Assembly: GCA_963662285.2 (NCBI GenBank)
Contig: CAXXMV010000006.1
Location: forward strand, 1,440,001 to 1,504,000
DNA: 64,000 bases
Direction of reading: 5' to 3'
Origin: a bacterium
GTDB taxonomy: Bacteria > Hinthialibacterota > Hinthialibacteria > Hinthialibacterales > Hinthialibacteraceae
The translations under genes and the position numbers were made by a program. Under the pieces are notes generated by a model, which had not been told where the DNA came from, did no database searches, and worked only from the letters and a program-made list of their open reading frames with translations. Below, piece after piece: positions 28,406 through 36,240 of this stretch (within the stretch, counting starts at the first letter, position 1; every line of letters begins with the position of its first letter).

Positions 28406-29353
28406 ATGCCTATTGTAAGTTTATTTTGCGCATCGCATTGCCATGGCGAGGAAATCGCAAAGCGAATTTCTCAAAATCTTGGATGCGAATTAATTGAAAA
28501 TAAAATAATTAAATTAGCTGCAGAACGATTTGATGTTGATTATGATAAATTGCTTCGTTCCATGCATGGTCAAGTATCAATTTTTAATAATATTAGCCAC
28601 GAAAGAGAACGATGCATCGAATATATCAGAATGGCCTTTGCCGCAAGATCCAAGCAAGACGATTTTATCTACTCTGGTTTTGCCGGTCATTTAATGCCTC
28701 GAAAATTCAATCATATTCTGCATGTTTGCATCGTCGCCAATAATGACTATCGGATTCGGCAAGCTGTAAAAGGTGATAACCTAAATGAAAAAGAAGCTCT
28801 ACGTCGTATTCAGATAGATAACAAACAGCGCTTCGAGTGGACTAACTATTTACATAATTCCAATCCATGGGATCAATCATTATACGATATAAAAATCCCT
28901 ATTCATATTATGCCGGTTGATAAAGCGGTAGACCTGATTTGCGAACATGCCATGGTTTCTATCCCTGAACCTGCGCAGAATATTATGCAGGACATTGAAG
29001 ATGAAATCACCAAATGCAAAGTGAAAATTTTATTGCAAGACAAAGGCTATGATGTCAATGTCTCATGCATTGATGGCATGGTCACTGTTCAACTTAATAA
29101 ATTCACTCTGCGATTGGAAAGAATGAAAACCAAAATTGCCAAACTGGTCAAATCATATCTATGTATTGAGGATATAGAAATACGCGCCGGTTCCTGTTTC
29201 AACCGTCCCCGGATTTCTCCTTACGATTTTGAGATTCCTTCCAAGGTTTTACCAGTTGATGATGAAAAAGATTATGTTCTTACTATGTCTAAACGCCTGC
29301 AAACAGAGGAATATAATCATTTTTTTGAAACCTTTGAATCCGTATTATTGTAA
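28406..29353 (+). CDS. Cytidylate-kinase-like family protein with truncated C-terminal receiver domain
   Basis: GEEIAKRIS, degenerate P-loop start, WDQSLYDIKI; ends KVLPVDDEKDYVLTMSKRL (REC beta1-alpha1). Confidence 0.7.
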   Translation: MPIVSLFCASHCHGEEIAKRISQNLGCELIENKIIKLAAERFDVDYDKLLRSMHGQVSIFNNISHERERCIEYIRMAFAARSKQDDFIYSGFAGHLMPRKFNHILHVCIVANNDYRIRQAVKGDNLNEKEALRRIQIDNKQRFEWTNYLHNSNPWDQSLYDIKIPIHIMPVDKAVDLICEHAMVSIPEPAQNIMQDIEDEITKCKVKILLQDKGYDVNVSCIDGMVTVQLNKFTLRLERMKTKIAKLVKSYLCIEDIEIRAGSCFNRPRISPYDFEIPSKVLPVDDEKDYVLTMSKRLQTEEYNHFFETFESVLL

Positions 29354-29533
29354 TGCCTGTATGGAAATACCCCTTCTTCATTGTCGTACTCAAATTATGT
29401 CTTAAACCTCAGATATTCAGCAGTTCTCTTTGATCTAGCATATTGCGCGCAATAAGGCCGCGCTCTATCTATAAGATATGTAAATGTGTTAATATCGAAG
29501 TTGGATTTTATTAAAATATCTTAAGGTGAACTG

Positions 29534-31840
29534 ATGAAAAAGACTGGTCTGATAATATTTATTTGGGCGATGGCCGCGTCAATTTGTTATGCGGTTAGTT
29601 TGGATAAACAGCTGCGTAATCCGATTCCAGTTAATACGGCTGAAGCGGTATTGGAAATATTCTGGGATCCCGATATCAGCGATTTTTCACAATGGGAAAT
29701 TACTCCTGGTGAAGCCCATGGTCTGAAAATTTTTCAAAATTGGGGCGCAGTGGATTTCCAATGGACGGTGAAACCGAAACAAGGTCCGGCGCTTCAGATG
29801 AAACGGCAGGTTTGGGCTGATTGCTCGAAATACGATAGTTTGATTCTTAGCCTGACAACCCCTCAACAATCTATAGTGAAAATAATCGCCGGTACTGATA
29901 AGGGAGCAATTACTTTTACATCCAAACCATCCGAAGGTAAAAAATTAGAATTACTGATGGATTTAAATGGCGCCCGAATAATTGAAGAACTTACATTGGA
30001 AATCTATGCGCAGGATGAAGGTATTTCCGCCGGATGGTTGAACTGGATAATGCTGCAAAACTCAGAACAACTAAAAATCCATTTAGACCAGTGGAACCAT
30101 TTTGATGATAAATGGATAAAACATCTTAAATCTGAAGATTATCAACCTTCTTTTGATCCGGCATACGGAATATTTCTAACCAAAGATGAGGTTGACTTAT
30201 TGCGGGATATTCATAAAAAACAGATGAAGGAACATGGGGAATCTTATTTCTCGCGATTGGCGCTGAGCGCACGGAATTATCAGCCCGAAAAAGCCATAAA
30301 GCAATTCGCGCGGGGCAATACCCGACTTAGAGATGATAATGCTTCGGGATTTTCAAGCATTGCAAGAAAGGCCGCTGTTGCTGCTATTGTTCTAAAAGAT
30401 AAGGAACTGCTGCGTATCGCGGCGCGTAATGCGCTTTCTCTGGCGGTCAGCCAGTATTGGGATCATGGTTTCAATACCCAGTTTCCATTATCCGGCTGGG
30501 AACTGAGAGCGTTTAAGCGGTCTTATTGTATGGAAGATACAGCATGGATAATGGATCTTGCCGGAGAATTGTTTACGACTGCGGGGCGTCGATTAGTGCT
30601 TCGTAAACTATCTGAAGAAGGGGCTGGTCCGATCAATTTTTGCACCTGGCGGCATGAGTATATTTTCGATTGCAATCAGCTGGCATTTTTTAATACAGGG
30701 CGCATGGCAGGGTATCTGGTGCTTGAAAGAGAATATCCCAGAGTTAAATCATATACTGATATTGCGTTTAATGAATCAATCGAAAATATCGAGCGCGCCA
30801 TTGCTTCTGACGGCGGTTACTATGAAGGTCCTGGATATTTCTCCAGCGTGGTTCGGCGCAATTGCATGGTCATTCAACAATACGCCAAAGCGCGCGGCGT
30901 GGATTATTCCGCCGTACTCCCTGAAATCTTGAAGCGAACTGATCAATTCGCCTGCGCTATTGCATCCACGACTGATAAAGATCACCTGGCAATCTGCGAT
31001 GGCGACGATGACGGCCTTGATCTTCAGGCCATGTTGATTCTCGCCGCGCTGATGCCTGACAGTTATTGGGTGACGATGAGCCATAAAATGATGAATCGCA
31101 TGACGCCGGGAAGTATGGACCCTTTCGACCTTCTCTTAAGCAGACAGATACCTCCTCAAGGCCCTGTCTTGCCTGAATTTGTCTTTTTGCCGGAAACCGG
31201 ATACATGTGTTCCCATCGAAAATTAGATGGTAAAGATGTGAAACTATTTATTATGGGCAATATGAAAGGCGCTGATCACTGCCATGAAGATAAGGGCAGC
31301 TTCATTCTTGAGTATGCCGGAGATTGTTTCGCCGTAGATATCGGCATCGGTAGTTACAAAGATCCATTGCATTTTCCTTATAAGCATTGTCAACGCCATA
31401 ATATGCTGGTTCCGATTGATGATGGCGTGCGCGTGGCGCCGAAGAATCCCATACCTTTTGATATTAAGCCCGTTGGGCAGGGTGATAGCCAAAAGTTCGC
31501 CGCTGAAATTGATGCGTCTGTCGGTTGGAACGGCTATTATAAAAAATGGGTTCGACGATGGAACTCACCTTCGCCAGACCTGATTATTATCGAAGATGAG
31601 TATGAACTCAGTAAAGGGAAGGGCGTAGAGTTTTATTGGCAGACGCTTTTACCCTGCAAGATAAACGGACGTATGGTGGAGATTCAAGGAAAGAATGGTA
31701 CAGCAATCATCGAAGCGCCGGAAGATTGCGGCATCAGAATTGAACAGTTGCCCATGCAGAAAGGCGCCGAACAAAACCGGATCGCCATAAGAAAATTATC
31801 ACGATCCGGTACATTGAAAATATCTGTCAGACTGCAATGA
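29534..31840 (+). CDS. Secreted heparinase II/III-like polysaccharide lyase
   Basis: Signal peptide; DGGYYEGPGY; HCHEDKGSFIL; RHNML. Confidence 0.75.
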   Translation: MKKTGLIIFIWAMAASICYAVSLDKQLRNPIPVNTAEAVLEIFWDPDISDFSQWEITPGEAHGLKIFQNWGAVDFQWTVKPKQGPALQMKRQVWADCSKYDSLILSLTTPQQSIVKIIAGTDKGAITFTSKPSEGKKLELLMDLNGARIIEELTLEIYAQDEGISAGWLNWIMLQNSEQLKIHLDQWNHFDDKWIKHLKSEDYQPSFDPAYGIFLTKDEVDLLRDIHKKQMKEHGESYFSRLALSARNYQPEKAIKQFARGNTRLRDDNASGFSSIARKAAVAAIVLKDKELLRIAARNALSLAVSQYWDHGFNTQFPLSGWELRAFKRSYCMEDTAWIMDLAGELFTTAGRRLVLRKLSEEGAGPINFCTWRHEYIFDCNQLAFFNTGRMAGYLVLEREYPRVKSYTDIAFNESIENIERAIASDGGYYEGPGYFSSVVRRNCMVIQQYAKARGVDYSAVLPEILKRTDQFACAIASTTDKDHLAICDGDDDGLDLQAMLILAALMPDSYWVTMSHKMMNRMTPGSMDPFDLLLSRQIPPQGPVLPEFVFLPETGYMCSHRKLDGKDVKLFIMGNMKGADHCHEDKGSFILEYAGDCFAVDIGIGSYKDPLHFPYKHCQRHNMLVPIDDGVRVAPKNPIPFDIKPVGQGDSQKFAAEIDASVGWNGYYKKWVRRWNSPSPDLIIIEDEYELSKGKGVEFYWQTLLPCKINGRMVEIQGKNGTAIIEAPEDCGIRIEQLPMQKGAEQNRIAIRKLSRSGTLKISVRLQ

Positions 31841-31854
31841 GGCGGTGGTATTCT

Positions 31855-32160
31855 TTACCAGTCAACATCATCTGGAAAGATGCTGTTGTGTTTGACGCCG
31901 ATACGCTTTTGCGCCATCCAGTCTTGCACCGTTTCACGCCAGTCGAGGTAATGCTGGGTTTGTTGATGGATGCTGAAATCTTTTGGTGTTTTATAACATT
32001 CATAAAGGAAGAAGCGGTTCGGATCATCCTCCGCTTTGAGCACATCGAAACACAGGTTGCCCGGTTCTTTGCGCGTGTTGCGGGCGTTATTCAGAGTGGC
32101 CTGGATAAACTCTTCCGTGTTTTCCGGTTTAACGTGAATCGTAACGCATACTACATACAT
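31855..32160 (-). CDS. ABM-family (putative quinol monooxygenase / LsrG-like) protein
   Basis: TRKEPGNLCFDV, FFLYECY, HQQTQHYLDW. Confidence 0.88.
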   Translation of the reverse strand: MYVVCVTIHVKPENTEEFIQATLNNARNTRKEPGNLCFDVLKAEDDPNRFFLYECYKTPKDFSIHQQTQHYLDWRETVQDWMAQKRIGVKHNSIFPDDVDW

Positions 32161-32233
32161 AATTGAAATCTCCTGGTAATTATTTGTCTTGGTTCATTGG
32201 TAGTGATAGGTCAGCCAATTGAAGCGCGTTATT

Positions 32234-32318
32234 CCTCCCCCAAGCCTGGGGGAGGTTAGGTGGGGGTTGATCCGTCGAAGCGCAACCCCCCTCTAACTCC
32301 CCCCAAACTTGGGGGGAG
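32234..32318. repeat. Inverted pair of CTCCCC..GGGGAG hairpin repeats
   Basis: CCTCCCCCAAGCCTGGGGGAGGTTAGGTGGGGGTTG...CAACCCCCCTCTAACTCCCCCCAAACTTGGGGGGAG; related to hairpins at 1849, 2555 and 55123. Confidence 0.75.
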
Positions 32319-32395
32319 AATTTTGACATGATCGCTTTGTATAAAGCATAGTTATTATGTTGTGACTTTATATGGCTGAACTGTTAGCATCGGGA

Positions 32396-33166
32396 TTATT
32401 TGAGTTCCTTGATTTTGATATCTTTGAAGCGGATTTTTAGTTGATCGCCTTTATGGATTTGCAGGGCGATGAAGCCTTTTTGTCCGACATTCAATTTTTT
32501 ATGGATCTCATCATTGAGGATGCCGTCGCCGTTGAAGTCAGTGATGATGACGCCGTTTAATTTCGCTGTAACTTTTAATCCTTCTACTTTAATTTCAAAA
32601 TCATTCCAACCACTTTTTTCGTCGCTGTAGTAAAAAATGATGCCCGGCTTAGCCATGGATTCATTGACCCAGCCTTCAGCGAGATCGGGGAATATCCAAC
32701 GCTGATTGCCGCGCGTCTCATCCCACATCATGCCGGTGCGCCAGAAGCCGCTGGGATGGATATCCACTTGCGGGCCATTGAGCCAGCCATCTTGATCATT
32801 ATCATCGTAACGGCTCATAATTTGAACGCCGCTGTTGCCTTTGCAGTCTCTATAAGCCTGGAATTTTAAGCGCAGCACGAACTGAGAGTATTCTTTATCG
32901 CTCATCAGCCACACGTAGTCATGACCCTTGTAATCCAGTGAATCGGCCAGAATGGTTCCCTGGTCAACTTTCCAGAATGGCTTTTCTTTGTCGGCTGCTT
33001 TGCACTTAACCGTCCAGCCGCTGAGGTCTTTGCCATTAAAAAGCGGCGTCCATTGCCCGGAATCCTCTTTTTCACTTGCAAGAGCATCTAAAGAGTACAG
33101 GCAAACCGCTAGAAGCAAAACGGATAGCAAGGCGCGTCTCATTAACAAACCGGTATTGATCTTCAT
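32396..33166 (-). CDS. DUF1080 / 3-keto-disaccharide hydrolase family secreted protein
   Basis: LFNGKDLSGW, GNSGVQ, WNDFEI, GFIALQIH, IRFKDIKIKEL. Confidence 0.9.
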   Translation of the reverse strand: MKINTGLLMRRALLSVLLLAVCLYSLDALASEKEDSGQWTPLFNGKDLSGWTVKCKAADKEKPFWKVDQGTILADSLDYKGHDYVWLMSDKEYSQFVLRLKFQAYRDCKGNSGVQIMSRYDDNDQDGWLNGPQVDIHPSGFWRTGMMWDETRGNQRWIFPDLAEGWVNESMAKPGIIFYYSDEKSGWNDFEIKVEGLKVTAKLNGVIITDFNGDGILNDEIHKKLNVGQKGFIALQIHKGDQLKIRFKDIKIKELK

Positions 33167-33636
33167 TGGGTTTTCCTTTTGAAATATATCTTTGTTAAGT
33201 AAATCTCATGAAAGGATACATCATCAGTGAGTTAAGAATCAAGCGAATGGCGTGAAACAGTTAAGGAGAGATGTGTGGCAAGCATGAGCAAGGAGGCGGG
33301 GGATTTGAAATATCTATTGACATTACTCTCAAAATATGATTTTTCTTAAAAAGGATGAAATATCTTTAGCCAATAGTTCAAACGCCAATAACAATCCTTA
33401 AATTTCATTCATCAACATTCTTTTTGTGTAAGTTAAGTTATCATAGTTGTTTTATGGTAAGTAATGATGATTAAGTAGAGTAATATTGGATCGAATTACC
33501 GGAATAATATACGCCATTTCCTTGAGTGCCGTTGCATTTGGAGTGATTTTTTTGATAGTATTACTTTATCCAATAATTTGAAAATCTGTATTAAAAACAC
33601 GAAAAGGGGCTGTTTCCCTAAAAAGGAGGAAACAAA

Positions 33637-34956
33637 ATGTCAATGTTAAAATCAATCCTTGCCGAGCGGATTCCTAAATTTCGGGAAGCACGGCAACGTA
33701 TTGCGAAGACTTATGGAAATTTGAAGGTTTGTGAAGTATCAGTCGGTCAGATATATGGAGGTTTGCGCGGTGTTCGTGGACTTATATGCAACACTTCATC
33801 TGTTGAACCTGATCAGGGGTTGAGAATTAGAGATATTCCGATCAAGGAACTCACAGATAAACTGCCTGAAGAAATTCTATTCCTTTTATTATCCGGTTCA
33901 TTGCCGGACGCCGAGCAATTGAAAGACTTGCAGAATGACCTGTCCAGCAGATGCAAGGTTCCCGCTTATGTGGTGGATGTGTTAAAAGCCATGCCTTCCG
34001 ATTCGCATCCCATGGCTATGTTCAACACCGCCATTCTGGTGATGCAGGGTGAATCGATATTCGCCAAGAAATATGAAGAAGGTATACCTAAGTTAGAATT
34101 ATGGGATCCCGCTTTTGAAGACGCAATGAACATCCTTGCAAAATTGCCCGCAATCGCCGGTTATGTATATCGGTTGCGATTCAATAAGGGTGAACTGATT
34201 GAACCAGATCCTTCTCTGGATTGGGGCGCCAACCTGGTTCGTACGCTTGGACTACCCGATTCAAATGGTATGTTCACCAAATTGATGCAACTATATCTTA
34301 CGCTTCATTCAGATCATGAAGGCGGTAACGTCAGCGCTTTCACCAGCCGCGTAGTCGGATCGGCTTTATCTGATGCATATTATTCGTTGTCTGCTGGTTT
34401 GAATGGTCTGGCTGGACCGTTGCACGGATTGGCCAACCAGGAATGTTTACGTTGGGTGGCTATGCTGCGCGACAAGTTCGGTGGAGTTCCTTCTGATGAA
34501 GAATTACGTGAATTCGCATGGGAAACTCTTAATAGCGGACAGGTTATTCCCGGCTATGGTCATGCTGTGCTGCGCGTAACCGATCCGCGTTATGATGCAT
34601 TCCTCGAATTTGGAAGAAAACATTGCATGGATGATGAAATTTTCCAACTGGTTTCTAAAATATTTGATATCGTTCCCGATGTTCTTAAGCAAGTTAAGAA
34701 AATTAGCGATCCCTGGCCCAATGTAGATGCTGGATCAGGCGCCTTGCTGAATCATTATGGTCTAGTGGAATATCCGTATTATACAGTATTGTTCAGCGTG
34801 TCGCGTGCGATGGGCATTTTGGCGCAATTCGTTCTGGCTCGCGGCGTCGGAAGACCGATCACCAGACCTAAATCAGTTACAATCAAATGGATGATGGATT
34901 TTATAGAAAAAGAGACTGGCGACAAAATTGATCGCGGCATCTATGGCGAAATTTAG
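33637..34956 (+). CDS. gltA: Citrate (Si)-synthase, eukaryotic type
   Basis: HSDHEGGNVSA, NGLAGPLHGLANQE, IPGYGHAVLR.TDPRY, WPNVDA, RPKS. Confidence 0.95.
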   Translation: MSMLKSILAERIPKFREARQRIAKTYGNLKVCEVSVGQIYGGLRGVRGLICNTSSVEPDQGLRIRDIPIKELTDKLPEEILFLLLSGSLPDAEQLKDLQNDLSSRCKVPAYVVDVLKAMPSDSHPMAMFNTAILVMQGESIFAKKYEEGIPKLELWDPAFEDAMNILAKLPAIAGYVYRLRFNKGELIEPDPSLDWGANLVRTLGLPDSNGMFTKLMQLYLTLHSDHEGGNVSAFTSRVVGSALSDAYYSLSAGLNGLAGPLHGLANQECLRWVAMLRDKFGGVPSDEELREFAWETLNSGQVIPGYGHAVLRVTDPRYDAFLEFGRKHCMDDEIFQLVSKIFDIVPDVLKQVKKISDPWPNVDAGSGALLNHYGLVEYPYYTVLFSVSRAMGILAQFVLARGVGRPITRPKSVTIKWMMDFIEKETGDKIDRGIYGEI

Positions 34957-35017
34957 AGGGGTTATGTCTGGAGTGGTTGCGGATTAGCGCTCACCCAACC
35001 ACGAGTGAATAAATCCC

Positions 35018-35212
35018 GTAGGGGTACCTTGTGGTTGCCCGGTTCCAGATTTTCCCATGTTAGGGTTGCTCGTAGGGGCAATCCCTCGTGGTTGCCCGGT
35101 TCCAGATTTTCCCATGTTAGGGTTGCTCGTAGGGGCAATCCCTCGTGGTTGCCCGGTTCCAGATTCTCCCTTGTGAGAGGTAGCCCGTAGGGGCAATCTC
35201 TTGTGGTTGTCC
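35018..35212 (+). repeat. Tandem array of GTAG REP units (54-58 bp period, 3.5 copies)
   Basis: GTAGGGG...GTGGTTG(C/T)CC starts at 35018, 35072, 35129, 35187; linkers near-identical. Confidence 0.9.
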
Positions 35213-35237
35213 GCCTTAGTAACCAATGAATAAAGAT

Positions 35238-35268
35238 AAGAAGCGGCCTGTTATGGGCCGCTTCTTTC
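35238..35268 (+). terminator. Stem-loop terminator after gltA/REP array
   Basis: AAGAAGCGGCC...GGCCGCTTCTTT. Confidence 0.6.
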
Positions 35269-35308
35269 ACTTAAGTAGATAAAACTTGCCAAAAAAATGA
35301 ATATCCCC

Positions 35309-35339
35309 TTGCGAAAAGTTAGGCAAGCCGTAAAATATA
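35309..35339 (+). promoter_or_regulatory. Promoter with DtxR-like operator upstream of the regulator
   Basis: TTGCGA-16bp-TAAAAT enclosing AAAAGTTAGGCAAGCCGTAAAATATA; near-copy at 36204. Confidence 0.6.
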
Positions 35340-35381
35340 AGGTGTGACGAGTATGTTGAGTGGATACTAGAAACTATAATT

Positions 35382-35906
35382 ATGACAAATACCAAAACTC
35401 TTAGCGAAAGTCTTGAAGATTATCTGGAAGCCATTTTCCACATTGTGGATAAAAAACAGGCCGCCAGAGCTAAAGATATCGCATTGCGTATGAATGTTAA
35501 GAGTTCGTCCGTTACAGGGGCGCTGCATGCGCTCTCTGAAAAAGGTTTGATCAATTACGCACCGTATGACCTGATTACCTTGACTGTTGAAGGAACCAAA
35601 AAAGCTGATAATGTAGTGCGGCGCCATCGCGCGTTACGTGACTTCTTCGTCAAGGTTCTTTCGGTTGGAGAAAAAGAATCTGAAGAAGCTGCATGCAAGA
35701 TGGAACATGGCGTATCACCCAATATTTTGAAGCGCTTTCGTGAATTTATTGGATTTATTGAAAGATGCCCGCGAATGAACATTCATTGGACTGAAGGAAG
35801 AGGTTATCATTGCGAGCATGGTGACCTGGTCGTCAATTGCGAAAAATGTATATCCCTATGTTTGAAAGACCTGAAAGTTGGAAAGGACAAAGCAGAGTGC
35901 AATTAA
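35382..35906 (+). CDS. DtxR/MntR-family metal-dependent repressor with Cys-rich tail
   Basis: LSESLEDYLEAI, SSVTGAL, RRHRALRDFF, ACKMEH. Confidence 0.93.
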   Translation: MTNTKTLSESLEDYLEAIFHIVDKKQAARAKDIALRMNVKSSSVTGALHALSEKGLINYAPYDLITLTVEGTKKADNVVRRHRALRDFFVKVLSVGEKESEEAACKMEHGVSPNILKRFREFIGFIERCPRMNIHWTEGRGYHCEHGDLVVNCEKCISLCLKDLKVGKDKAECN

Positions 35907-35926
35907 GCGCTCTCAATGTGATCCCT

Positions 35927-36166
35927 ATGGTAACACCCAATACAACCAAAATGCCTTTAGCCATGGTGGAAACTGGAAGAGTAGTGCGACTGGTTGAAAT
36001 AACCGCCGGAAAAAATCTCAAGACTCGCCTGGCAGATATGGGACTGTATCCTGGTATGGAATTTACTGTCATAAAGAATACAATGGGCGGACCATTTATT
36101 ATTGCTGTAAAAGAGAGCCGCATAGCTATTGGTCGAGGTATGGCTCAGAAAATCATGGTAGAATAA
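35927..36166 (+). CDS. feoA: Ferrous iron transport protein A
   Basis: RLADMGLYPG, GPFIIAV, RIAIGRGMAQKIMV; start 35927 or 35951. Confidence 0.92.
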   Translation: MVTPNTTKMPLAMVETGRVVRLVEITAGKNLKTRLADMGLYPGMEFTVIKNTMGGPFIIAVKESRIAIGRGMAQKIMVE

Positions 36167-36203
36167 TTTAAAATATCAATATAAGAAGAGTTTTTTTTGG
36201 ATA

Positions 36204-36228
36204 AAAAGTTAGGTGCTCCTAAAATATA
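36204..36228 (+). promoter_or_regulatory. DtxR-like operator upstream of feoB
   Basis: Perfect dyad TTAGG-TGCT-CCTAA (36209-36222) with the same flanks as the site at 35315. Confidence 0.65.
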
Positions 36229-36240
36229 TAGGAGAGCCAA

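Noticed and set aside
31837-32166. Plus-strand 109-aa ORF overlapping the lyase stop
   Set aside because: Antisense shadow of the clear ABM-family gene 31855..32160
33167-33636. ncRNA or riboswitch in long intergenic regions (also 9757-10072, 27980-28405)
   Set aside because: No recognisable conserved structure by eye; an Rfam/Infernal scan would be needed
35018-35212. Possible CRISPR array
   Set aside because: The would-be spacers are near-identical to each other, the repeat is a GTAG REP hairpin, and no cas genes are present
34962-35270. ORFs 34962..35270, 34984..35226 and 35005..35190
   Set aside because: Translations of the REP array; no independent coding evidence
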